Part shown: positions 20,304 through 29,199 of the stretch, in pieces
Position numbering within the stretch: position 1 is the first letter of the stretch
Layout: the number at the start of each line of letters is the position of its first letter
Notes under the pieces: generated by a model
What the model was told of the DNA's origin: nothing
Databases searched by the model: none
Seen by the model: only the letters and a program-made list of their open reading frames with translations
Source: Spirochaetia bacterium
Lineage (GTDB): Bacteria > Spirochaetota > Spirochaetia > SZUA-6 > Bin103
DNA length: 64,000 nucleotides
Reading direction: 5' to 3'
Assembly (NCBI GenBank): GCA_965203055.1
Contig: OZ241863.1
Location: 1,440,001-1,504,000, forward strand
Program-made: the position numbers and the translations under genes

Positions 20304-21685
20304 TGATCAAGGAGTACCGCAGCGCGCGCGGCCTGGACGGGCCGCTGATGATCGTGGAAGAGGTGGAGGACGTCACCTACGGCGAGTTGGCGGACGTGGA
20401 GCTGCCGGACGGCTCGGTGCGCCGCGGGCAGGTGCTGGAGGCGGCCGCCGGGCGCGCGCTGGTGCAGCTCTTCGAGGCGCCGCAGGGAATCGCGACCAGC
20501 CTGGCGACGGTGCGGTTCACCGGCCAGCGCATGACCGCGCGCGTGTCGCGCGACATGCTGGGGCGGATTCTGAACGGCATCGGCGAACCGCTGGACGACG
20601 CCGGCGCGGTGATCCCCGAGCAGTTGCGCGACATCAACGGCTCGCCGATCAACCCCTACGCGCGCGACTTTCCATCGGAGTTCATCCAGACCGGCATCTC
20701 GGCCATCGACGGCAACCTGACGCTGGTGCGCGGCCAGAAGCTGCCGATCTTTTCCGGTTCGGGGCTGCCGCACTCGGAGCTGGCGGCGCAGATCGCGCGC
20801 CAGGCGCGGACGCTGCGCGGCGAGGAGTCGTTCGCGGTGGTGTTCGCGGCGATGGGCATCACCTTCGAGGAAGCCAACTTCTTCATGGAGGACTTTCGCC
20901 GCACCGGCGCCATCGAGCGGGCGGTGCTGTTCATCAACCTGGCCGACGACCCGGTGATCGAGCGCATCTCGATCCCGCGCGTGGCGCTGACCACCGCGGA
21001 GTACCTGGCGTTCGACTGCGACATGCACGTGCTGGTGATCCTCACCGACATGACCAACTACTGCGACGCCCTGCGCGAGATTTCGTCGGCGCGCAAGGAG
21101 GTGCCGGGGCGGCGCGCCTATCCCGGCTACATGTACACCGACCTGTCGCTGATCTACGAGCGCGCCGGGAGGATCAAGGGCAAGCGCGGCTCCATCACCC
21201 AGATTCCGATCCTGAGCATGCCGGAGGATGACAAGACCCACCCGATTCCCGACCTGACCGGGTACATCACCGAAGGGCAGGTGCTGCTGAGCCGGTCGCT
21301 GCATCGCAAGGGCCTGGAACCTCCGATCGACGTGCTGCCGTCGCTGTCGCGTCTGATGCAGAAGGGCATCGGCGAGGGCAGCACGCGCGAAGACCACTCC
21401 GGGGTGGCGAACCAGCTCTTCGCAGCCTACGCCCGCGGCGGCGACGCGCGCGAGCTGGCGGTGGTGCTCGGCGAGGCGGCGCTGACGCCGATCGACCGCC
21501 AGTACGCCGCCTTCGCCGACCAGTTCGAGCAGCGCTTCGTGAACCAGGGCTTTCAGGAGAACCGCAGCATCGAGGACACCCTCACCATCGGCTGGCAATT
21601 GCTGGAACTGCTGCCCCGCTCCGAGCTGACCCGCATCGACACCGAGCTGATCGACAAGTACCTCGGCACCCCGGAAGCAACGTAG
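20303..21685 (+). CDS. ntpB: V-type ATPase subunit B
   Basis: [39 protein letters not shown]. Confidence 0.98.
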
Positions 21686-21694
21686 GAATGAAGC

Positions 21695-22225
21695 ATGGGG
21701 CATGACTGTTCGGAGGTGAGTACGAGACATAGGATGATCGACAACTTCGCCGCATGGACTGCCAAGTTAGCAGCCGGTCCTAGCAGGCACCGGGTTTGTT
21801 CCGCTCTCGAGAAGATCGACTTCCAACAGGTTCTATGCAATGAAGGACCGATCGATAAGCAGGAATTCGATCAATGGCATGAAGCGCAAGTGCAGAGGTT
21901 CGGAAACGAAGCCAAGTGCTCGATCGGATGGGCCGCAAAGATCATCAACGTGTATCTCAAGACCCAGTGCTACGTGGGCGGGCGCGGACGTAAGGGGCTG
22001 GATGAGGTAATCCACCCACCGTTCGGCCCTGTTATGATTAGAACACTGAAGGAAAAGTATCCAGAGTTCAACGATCTAATGGGAGGACGCAATAGGGGAT
22101 TTTCGCTCAATGGAGTCGAGCGTTATTCCTGCTATCAGCAGATTATCGAATCACTCGCGTCGATCGCCAGGCAAGAGCGCTGCAAGCTGATTGAAATGGG
22201 GCAGCACTGGAATTGCTGTGAATAA
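21695..22225 (+). CDS. Hypothetical protein, compositionally foreign, inserted in the V-ATPase operon
   Basis: 176-aa ORF with many A/T-ending codons and visibly lower GC than its flanks; motif GWAAKIINVYLKT..IHPP. Confidence 0.7.
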   Translation: MGHDCSEVSTRHRMIDNFAAWTAKLAAGPSRHRVCSALEKIDFQQVLCNEGPIDKQEFDQWHEAQVQRFGNEAKCSIGWAAKIINVYLKTQCYVGGRGRKGLDEVIHPPFGPVMIRTLKEKYPEFNDLMGGRNRGFSLNGVERYSCYQQIIESLASIARQERCKLIEMGQHWNCCE

Positions 22226-22310
22226 TGCGTTTGCCGTCCCTATCTCTGACCACTGGAAGGTTCGATTGCAGACCGCTGAAGCTAAGGCCAAGTCGATGGG
22301 GGCGTAAAGA

Positions 22311-22931
22311 ATGGCTACCGTAGCGGTCAGTCCGAACCGTATGGAGCTGCTGCGGATGAAGAAGAAGCAGCAGTTCGCGCAGCGCGGCCACAAGCTGTTG
22401 AAGGACAAGCTGGAAGGGCTGCTCAAGGACTTCACCGGTATCGTGCAGGAGTACGCGGTGCTGCGCGGCCAGGTGGACAGCGAGCTCGGCGAGTTGTTCC
22501 AGCAGTTCATCGTGGCGTCGGCGTCGATGCCGGCGGAGGTGTACCGCAGCGCGCTGGCGTTCCCGGAGTGCGAGGCGGAGCTGACCATGACCGAGAAGCT
22601 GATCATGAACGTGCGCGTACCGGTGTTTTCGTTCGCCATCGAGGGCAACCTGCTCTCCTACGGCACCGACGGCACCGTGGTGGAGCTGGATCAGGCGATC
22701 GTCCGCCTCAAGGAGGTGTTGGAGCGTCTGGTCAAGCTGGCCGAAGCAGAGAAGACCATCGAGCTGGTGGCCGACGAGATCGAGAAGACCCGCCGCCGCG
22801 TCAACGCCCTGGAGTACGTCCTCATCCCGCAGCAGGCCGAGACCATCCGCGTGATCTCCTCCAAGCTGGAGGAGCTGGAGCGCGGCAACATCACCCGCCT
22901 GATGCGCATCAAGCAACTCCTCGCCATGTAG
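22311..22931 (+). CDS. ntpD: V-type ATPase subunit D
   Basis: PNRMELL, RGHKLLKDK, EIEKTRRRVNALEYVLIP. Confidence 0.97.
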   Translation: MATVAVSPNRMELLRMKKKQQFAQRGHKLLKDKLEGLLKDFTGIVQEYAVLRGQVDSELGELFQQFIVASASMPAEVYRSALAFPECEAELTMTEKLIMNVRVPVFSFAIEGNLLSYGTDGTVVELDQAIVRLKEVLERLVKLAEAEKTIELVADEIEKTRRRVNALEYVLIPQQAETIRVISSKLEELERGNITRLMRIKQLLAM

Positions 22932-23007
22932 GAGCGGCGCGCCGCCCGCGATGCTCGCATCGGGATTGGTGGCTATCGCCGGCCGGCGTCACTATATTGA
23001 CGGCGGC

Positions 23008-24459
23008 ATGAAGATGAATCCGTCTGCGTGGGTCACGATCCACGATTACCGTACCGGTGGGCCGCAACGTTCGTCGCCTGGGGACCGGACCTCGCCGGGA
23101 CTGGCCGGTCGGGCGCTCGCGGCGGCCGCTCTGTTGCTGGCCGCCGCGCCGGCGGCACTGGCTCAGGACGCGGGCGCCGGCGAGTCGGGCGTCCCGGCGT
23201 GCGACGGCGGCAAGACCGCCATGCGCGTGGTCGACGACATGATGCAGGCCTGGAAGGTCGAGAATCCGACCGTCCGCTCGCTGCGGCAGCGCAACGTCAG
23301 CGTGATCGAGGGGCTGGCCGAAATCGGCGTGCACGTGGACCACGGCGACTGGGGAAAGGCGCGGGCGTTGGCCTACACCCGAGCCTACCTGGACGCGATG
23401 GGCGCGTTCGTGCGCCAGACCAACGAAGAGATCACCACCGAGACGGTCCGCGACCTGCTGCAGGACGAGACGTCCATCGCCTTCGAGGCGAACGAGGATG
23501 CGGCCTCCTATCTGGAACGGATCGCGGAGAAGGAAGCGCTGCTCGCGGAGATGAAGCTCGATCAGGAGCTCAAGGAGGCCGGCATGAGCGACGACGATCT
23601 CGCGCGGCTGTCGGTCCGGGAGAAGATCCCCCGGTACCGCGATGCGCTTGCCCGTGAGGTCACCTCCCGCGCGTTCGGGCGGGCGTCCGGCCTCGTTCCC
23701 ATCAAGACGTTCGAGGCGATCGACTGCGACGGCAACTCGTCGGTTGGGGTGATCGCCGTGTTCTCGACCCGCATGCGCGAGCTGGCGCAGCGGATTCAGG
23801 ACGGCGATGCGATTCGGCCCGACCCGGACCGGGGCGGCGTTTCGCTCGGCGACCGGATCGGCGCGCTGTCGGACGAAGACCTGGTAACGGAATTCGGGGT
23901 CCGCAGATGGTGGGACGAGGACGGCTACCCGGTCATCGTCTCGTTCGGCCAATGGGGCTGGTCGACTAAGGCGCTGAGCGCCGCCCAGCGGGACCGCCGC
24001 TACCGGTTCGCCAGGAACCAGGCGGCGCTCCAGGCCAAGAGCTCCCTGGCGGAGTTCGTCACGGTCAACGCGCAGTTCACTTCGTCGAGTTTCGTGGGCG
24101 CCGCCGTCGAGGAGGCGGTCGAAGTTGGCGCCGACGGGTTTCACGAGTACGTAGCGGGAACGAACATCGCGGACCGGATGGTCGAGGAAGCCAGGACCAG
24201 GTCGACGGTGCAGCTCACCGGGCTCGACATCCTGCGCACCTGGTCGGCGCGGCATCCGGTGGCGGAGCACCAGGAACTGACCGGGGCCGTCGCCTACTGG
24301 TCGCCGGCGCGGGAAGATGCGGTGCGCGCCAGCCTCGGACTGGAGGCCAGGCATCCGGCGCCGGAACCTGAGCCCGCGCCGGCTCCCGAAGCGGAGTCGA
24401 GACCGACCGCGAGCGGCACCGCGCAGAGCAAGGATCTGATGGATGCAAGCGACTTCTGA
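23008..24459 (+). CDS. Exported/periplasmic protein of unknown function (tentatively DUF6844-like); start uncertain
   Basis: Signal peptide ALAAAALLLAAAPAALA-QD; motif FGVRRWWDEDGYPVIVSFGQWG; overlaps the next gene. Confidence 0.65.
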   Translation: MKMNPSAWVTIHDYRTGGPQRSSPGDRTSPGLAGRALAAAALLLAAAPAALAQDAGAGESGVPACDGGKTAMRVVDDMMQAWKVENPTVRSLRQRNVSVIEGLAEIGVHVDHGDWGKARALAYTRAYLDAMGAFVRQTNEEITTETVRDLLQDETSIAFEANEDAASYLERIAEKEALLAEMKLDQELKEAGMSDDDLARLSVREKIPRYRDALAREVTSRAFGRASGLVPIKTFEAIDCDGNSSVGVIAVFSTRMRELAQRIQDGDAIRPDPDRGGVSLGDRIGALSDEDLVTEFGVRRWWDEDGYPVIVSFGQWGWSTKALSAAQRDRRYRFARNQAALQAKSSLAEFVTVNAQFTSSSFVGAAVEEAVEVGADGFHEYVAGTNIADRMVEEARTRSTVQLTGLDILRTWSARHPVAEHQELTGAVAYWSPAREDAVRASLGLEARHPAPEPEPAPAPEAESRPTASGTAQSKDLMDASDF

Positions 24460-25903
24460 CCGTCATGGACGCCGGCGCCGCGCCGCGCTGGTGATTGCGG
24501 GAGCGGCGCTCGGCTGGGCGCTGCTTGCCGGGGCCGCCCAGGCGCAGGTTGCGGCGGAGCTGCACGAAGCGGTCGGCGTCGGATCGAATCGCCAGGAAGC
24601 GATCGGGAAGGCGCTGCAGCAGGCGGCGTTCCAGGTCTGCGGCGTCACCCTGGAGTCGGACAGCGCGTCGGCGGTCTCGCTTGCCGTCCGGGGTGACGGT
24701 ATGGAGATCGTCGAGAGCCTCAACGAGCACATCCGCATCTCCCTGGGCAGCGATGCCTGCCGCTTCACCGGCTACGAGGTGCTGAGCTCGACGCCCGACG
24801 ACGGCGGCGTGCTGGTGCGGGTGCGGGTCAGCCACGCGTCCTACCGCGTGCCGGGGCCGGACGTGGACCGGCGCCGGCTTGCGGTGCTCGACTTCGAGAT
24901 CGACGAGGTGCATCTGTACGGCGCCGGCGGTGAACGCGAGCAGCGCACCGGCGACGGCGCGGCTCGCCGCGGCGTGGAAGTCGACTACGATCTGATCCGC
25001 AACTTGCAAGACCGCTTTCGGGCGCGCATCGAGTCGTTGCTCACGCAGGGCCGGCGCTTCGCGGTGCTCGACCGCCGCGCACCCGACCTCTACGAGCAGG
25101 AGAAGCGGCTCCTGCAGTCAACCGACGTCGACGCGGCCGAAGGCGCGCGGCTGGGAAAGGTGCTCGGCGCCGATTACCTGTTGTATGGCACGGTCGACCG
25201 CATCGCGGTGGAAGAACGGCGCACGAACATCCGGCTCACCGGAGAGACCCGGACGCGGGTGCTGGCCGCGGCGCAGGTGCGCTTTTCGGTGCTGGCGGTC
25301 GCCACCCGGCAGGTCAAGTGGTCCTCCGCGGTCGAGCTGGAGCAGGTCGCGGAGGAAGACCTGTGGCCCGAGCAACTGGCCGAAGCGGTGCTGGACGAGG
25401 CCGCCGCCCGCATCGCCGACGAGTTGACTGAGAACATCTACCCGCCGGTGGTCATACAGGTGCTCGGCGGCGGCACGGTGGCGGTGAACCGGGGCGGCAA
25501 CACGGTCGCGGCCGGTGATCTCTTCGAGGTGTTCGCGCTCGGCCCGTCGCTGGTCGACCCGGACACCGGCGAAAGCCTGGGCCGCCTCGAGATGCCGGTC
25601 GGCTTCGTCAGGATCACGACGGTGAAACCGAAGTACAGCCTTGCCGAGATCGTCGAGGCTGACGCCGGCGTCGCCGCCGACATGGTGCTGCGCCGCTTTC
25701 GCGGCGACCTCGACCTGGGCGGCGTCGCCGGCGCGTCCGCCCAGCCGGCGCCGAGCGACGGCGACCGCAACTACCGCCGGGCGGACGGAGATGAAGATGG
25801 CGACGGCTTGCCCGACTACCTGAACCGCGACGCCGGCACCGAGGACCGCGACAAAGACGGCCTGCCCGACTACCTGAACCGCGACGCCCCGCAGCGGAGG
25901 TAA
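24443..25903 (+). CDS. CsgG/HfaB-family exported protein with FlgT-like C-domain and Ca-binding tail
   Basis: Signal peptide; RLAVLDF, RFAVLDR, RLGKVLGADYLLYGTV; VAVNRG..LVDPDTGESLG; two DxDxDGLPDYL repeats. Confidence 0.8.
   Translation: MQATSDRHGRRRRAALVIAGAALGWALLAGAAQAQVAAELHEAVGVGSNRQEAIGKALQQAAFQVCGVTLESDSASAVSLAVRGDGMEIVESLNEHIRISLGSDACRFTGYEVLSSTPDDGGVLVRVRVSHASYRVPGPDVDRRRLAVLDFEIDEVHLYGAGGEREQRTGDGAARRGVEVDYDLIRNLQDRFRARIESLLTQGRRFAVLDRRAPDLYEQEKRLLQSTDVDAAEGARLGKVLGADYLLYGTVDRIAVEERRTNIRLTGETRTRVLAAAQVRFSVLAVATRQVKWSSAVELEQVAEEDLWPEQLAEAVLDEAAARIADELTENIYPPVVIQVLGGGTVAVNRGGNTVAAGDLFEVFALGPSLVDPDTGESLGRLEMPVGFVRITTVKPKYSLAEIVEADAGVAADMVLRRFRGDLDLGGVAGASAQPAPSDGDRNYRRADGDEDGDGLPDYLNRDAGTEDRDKDGLPDYLNRDAPQRR
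25790..25897 (+). repeat. 54-bp tandem duplication encoding thrombospondin-type-3-like DxDxDGLPDYLNRDA
   Basis: DEDGDGLPDYLNRDAGTE at 25790 and DRDKDGLPDYLNRDAPQR at 25844. Confidence 0.9.
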
Positions 25904-25920
25904 CCGCCCCGCCGCCGCCG

Positions 25921-25939
25921 TAGCTTAGCTTAGCTTAGC
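25921..25939. repeat. (TAGCT)n pentamer microrepeat between convergent genes
   Basis: TAGCTTAGCTTAGCTTAGC read directly. Confidence 0.9.
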
Positions 25940-25941
25940 GG

Positions 25942-26178
25942 CTACGACAGATACTCATCTGCACATGCGGGGCTGATGCCGAGATGGTTGACCATCTTGC
26001 GGACGTGGAAAACCTGCACCATAGGGCGACGGGCGCCACGTCTCCCCGTAGGAAGCGACCGGTAGGCTTTCCCCTTATAGCGTATCCAGTAGTGGTGCAG
26101 CTTCTCCTCGACCGTGTGACCGGGAGCGCATTCCGCGAGCATGGACCACACGACACGCAATGCTACTTCCCGGAGCAC
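25942..26178 (-). CDS. Small basic protein, putative divergent HicA-like toxin
   Basis: 78 aa, Arg/Lys/His-rich; apparent helix-3 strands-2 helices pattern with His at the first hairpin (KLHHYWIRY) and 'VRKMVNHLGI'; 4 nt downstream of its partner. Confidence 0.5.
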   Translation of the reverse strand: MLREVALRVVWSMLAECAPGHTVEEKLHHYWIRYKGKAYRSLPTGRRGARRPMVQVFHVRKMVNHLGISPACADEYLS

Positions 26179-26182
26179 GTGG

Positions 26183-26719
26183 TCACGCGGCCGCGGCCAG
26201 GCCGATGCTGTCGTCGATGAGGTTGTCGGCCGGGGTCATCTCCGACCGGCGGGCCACCGTCACCGTCGGTGCCATACCGGCAGGCAGAACCGGCAATTCG
26301 CTCATCGGGGTAAGATCGACCCGGTTGCTACGACAGGCGGCCACGGCGGCGTTCCAGTCAGCCACCGCGGTCTCGTCACGCTCTTCGAAGAAGCGCTCGA
26401 CCTCGGCTCGAAAGGCTTCGTACGTGTCGGCCGTGGATGCGATGTCTGCCAGGATGCCAAGGAAGGTATTCCGCAGATCGGTGTACGCTGCCGGTAGATC
26501 CTTTCCTCCGGCGGCCATGCCTCCGGGTTGGACGCCGCTGAGCCAGATGCCGTCGTCCTCCTGGACTCCGAGTACACGGCTCACCGCATTGATCGTAGCG
26601 ATGAACCCCCGGCCGAAGACGTGTCCCTGGTAGGTGAAGATCAGCGGCCAAGCACGGAACGCGTTCTCCGTGGTCGCCTTGTCGATCGAGTGGTCATGCA
26701 CTTCACCACGGGTCTGCAT
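26183..26719 (-). CDS. Acidic protein, putative HicB-like antitoxin
   Basis: ATG 26719 with GGAGGAG RBS and extended -10 TGcTATACT (26747-26739); 'EDDGIWLSGVQPGGMAAGGKDLPAAYTDLR' resembles the HicB N-domain; ends LAAAA. Confidence 0.55.
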   Translation of the reverse strand: MQTRGEVHDHSIDKATTENAFRAWPLIFTYQGHVFGRGFIATINAVSRVLGVQEDDGIWLSGVQPGGMAAGGKDLPAAYTDLRNTFLGILADIASTADTYEAFRAEVERFFEERDETAVADWNAAVAACRSNRVDLTPMSELPVLPAGMAPTVTVARRSEMTPADNLIDDSIGLAAAA

Positions 26720-26975
26720 AGCCTGATCTCCTCCCTGCAGTATAGCATAGTCCAATCGGGTCTCGGCGGCGAAACGTCCTTTCGGTAGTATATCGGCAGA
26801 GGCTGTCTCCGATGTCAACCTGCCATCCAGAAGGCCACGCGCCGGCGAATACGGGCGCCCGCGACTACAACGCGTGGCCGTTGATGTTCGCCGGTCCACT
26901 GATGGCCGCGGCACTCCCCGAACCGGTGTGGGCGGCATGGCGGCGGCGTCCGGCCAACGATTCCAGCCCGGAGAG

Positions 26976-27485
26976 ATGAACGTGAGCGTGCCTCGGTATT
27001 CGATCCATGAGTTGGCGCCGGGCCATCGTGATTGGCCGGAGTATGTTGACGTTGTCGAAGGAGAGGGGCAGTCGGGCTGGGCGTTCGACACCCGCCATGC
27101 GCGGTTTCGGCGCCGTTACCTGATGGCAAGACAGGATGGCCGTGTCGTCGGATTCCTGATGTACCTGATTTGGCAGATCGGTCCCAATGATCGCAATCAT
27201 CCACCTCTCGCCGTAGACGGAGCGCCGCTCACGGAGGCGAAGATCATGGCATTCGGGGTGAAGGAGGCGTATCGCCGACAGGGCATCGGAAGGGCGCTTC
27301 AGGAACACGCGCTGCGTCAAGCCAAGGATCTCGGCTGCTATCAGGTGCGCTCGGTGAGCACCGGCAACCATCCCCAGAACCAGCAGCTCAAGTTGGCCAT
27401 GGGGTTTGCCGTTGAGCCGATGGAGCGCGACACGCCTACGTTGGCGTTCATCATGCCCCTCAGACCCGCACCGTGGTCCGGTTGA
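26976..27485 (+). CDS. GNAT-family N-acetyltransferase (start uncertain, 26937 or 26976)
   Basis: Motif A FGVKEAYRRQGIGRAL; 'ARQDGRVVGF'; N..L..AMGF. Confidence 0.85.
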   Translation: MNVSVPRYSIHELAPGHRDWPEYVDVVEGEGQSGWAFDTRHARFRRRYLMARQDGRVVGFLMYLIWQIGPNDRNHPPLAVDGAPLTEAKIMAFGVKEAYRRQGIGRALQEHALRQAKDLGCYQVRSVSTGNHPQNQQLKLAMGFAVEPMERDTPTLAFIMPLRPAPWSG

Positions 27486-27498
27486 CCGCCATGACTCC

Positions 27499-28989
27499 AT
27501 GACCGCCAACCTAAAACCCTACCCGAACATGAAGGAATCCGGTGTGGAATGGCTGGGCGACGTACCCACTCATTGGGAGGTACGAAGACTGTCTCAGATC
27601 GGGACGATCTCGAAAGGTAGAGGCGGAAACAGGGATGACGAAGTTGCCGCTGGCATTCCATGTGTCCGATACGGCGACCTGTACACTACCTACGATGTTT
27701 TCATAGGAAAGAGCAGATCATACGTTTCAAGTGACAAGGCCAAAGAATATACGACTATCAAGTTCGGCGACGTACTGTTTGCGGGTTCTGGCGAGACCAT
27801 AGATGAGATCGGCAAGTCAGCGGTCAATCTCATGCGACAGGATGCTTGCTGTGGCGGTGACGTCATCCTGTTTCGTCCGGCGCAACAGGTTGAAGCCGGC
27901 TACTTGGGATACGCTCTGGATTGCCGTCCAGCCGCAATTCAGAAGGCGACTATGGGTCGAGGAATTACGATCATGCACATCTACGGAACTCAGTTGAAGT
28001 ACTTGACCATTCCCCTTCCACCACTGGCCGAGCAAGCGGCCATCGTTCGCTTCCTAGACTACGTCGATCGCCGGATCAGGCGCTACATCCGAGCCAAGTG
28101 TCGGTTGATTGTGTTGCTGGAGGAGATGAAGCAGGCCGTCATCGACCAAGCCGTTACCGGCCAGATCGACGTCCGAACCGGCCGGCCCTACTCAGCGTAC
28201 AAGCCCTCCGGCGTAGCGGCGTTGGGCGATGTGCCAGAGCCCTGGGAGATTCGGCGTTTCAAGTCTCTCGTAACGCGCATCGAGCAAGGCGTGAGTCCGC
28301 AGGCCGAGAACTATCTCGCGGAAGAAGACGCCTGGGGCGTATTGAAGGCGGGCTGCGTCAACGGAGGCGTGTTCCGGGAAAGGGAACACAAGCGACTTGC
28401 CGCAGGCTTCGCCTTCAATCCGAATCTCGCCGTTCGCGTCGGGGACGTTCTGGTGTCGCGAGCAAGCGGGTCAACTCATCTCGTCGGTTCGGCAGGGCGG
28501 GTATCATCGCTGACGTACCGGCTCATCCTGTCGGACAAGACGTTTCGCCCTGTTTTCGCGCATGAAGTGGATCCCGAATTCATGGTCTTCGCCATGAACA
28601 GCCGCTACTACCGGAGACTGGTCGAGCAGGCGATTAGCGGCGCGGAGGGTCTGGCCAGCAATCTTCCGCTCTCTGCCCTAAGAGGATTCCACTTCGCTGT
28701 GCCCACCTTGGACGAGCAGCGTGATATTGCTCGGCATCTGCTTGCGTCGGTCAGCAGAATAGATGGCGCTGTAGCGAGGGTCAAACGCGAAACCGAGTTG
28801 GTAACGGATCTCCGCGATCGCCTCATAGCTGACGTGGTGACCGGCAGGCTTGACGTCCGCGAGGCGTGGTCACGTCCGCCGTCGGCTGCGCTACGTTCTG
28901 CTAATTCTCTCCGGAATGCTGCAAATGACGACGCAAGACACGGTTCATTTCGGTCTGATATCCACGACCGTCACTGGCATGATTCTTGA
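27499..28989 (+). CDS. hsdS: Type I restriction-modification specificity subunit (no hsdM/hsdR in window)
   Basis: Two TRDs with conserved blocks KESGVEWLGDVPTHW / KPSGVAALGDVPEPW, PPLAEQAAIVRFLD, LIADVVTGRLDVRE. Confidence 0.93.
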   Translation: MTANLKPYPNMKESGVEWLGDVPTHWEVRRLSQIGTISKGRGGNRDDEVAAGIPCVRYGDLYTTYDVFIGKSRSYVSSDKAKEYTTIKFGDVLFAGSGETIDEIGKSAVNLMRQDACCGGDVILFRPAQQVEAGYLGYALDCRPAAIQKATMGRGITIMHIYGTQLKYLTIPLPPLAEQAAIVRFLDYVDRRIRRYIRAKCRLIVLLEEMKQAVIDQAVTGQIDVRTGRPYSAYKPSGVAALGDVPEPWEIRRFKSLVTRIEQGVSPQAENYLAEEDAWGVLKAGCVNGGVFREREHKRLAAGFAFNPNLAVRVGDVLVSRASGSTHLVGSAGRVSSLTYRLILSDKTFRPVFAHEVDPEFMVFAMNSRYYRRLVEQAISGAEGLASNLPLSALRGFHFAVPTLDEQRDIARHLLASVSRIDGAVARVKRETELVTDLRDRLIADVVTGRLDVREAWSRPPSAALRSANSLRNAANDDARHGSFRSDIHDRHWHDS

Positions 28990-29185
28990 ACCAAGCGACG
29001 ATGTCGGCATCTAGCCGCAGCGTGATCTGCTGCTTTACTGGTCGGTAAAATACGCCTCTCCTCGCCATCGACCAATCGATCGTTTCGGATGGGTCGGTTG
29101 TATCTATCGAGTCGTCGGAAAGTTCCTTGAGAGCTGCGATCTCTTCCCGTTGTTCGTCAGTAAGTTTGCTAATAGTATTCTTCAT
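28901..29185 (-). CDS. BrnA-family antitoxin (RHH)
   Basis: FYRPVKQQITLRLDADIVAWFK..GRGYQTEMNRVLR signature; 94 aa. Confidence 0.9.
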   Translation of the reverse strand: MKNTISKLTDEQREEIAALKELSDDSIDTTDPSETIDWSMARRGVFYRPVKQQITLRLDADIVAWFKNHASDGRGYQTEMNRVLRRHLQHSGEN

Positions 29186-29199
29186 TGGTCTTTCGTTCG

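Noticed and set aside
26720..27091. N-terminal 124 aa of the 302-aa ORF 26183-27091
   Set aside because: Overlaps the divergent GNAT gene and promoter region; RBS and -10 support the start at 26719.
26976..27485. GNAT as an AtaT/TacT-type toxin
   Set aside because: No adjacent upstream RHH (DUF1778-type) antitoxin on the same strand; only generic GNAT motifs are visible.
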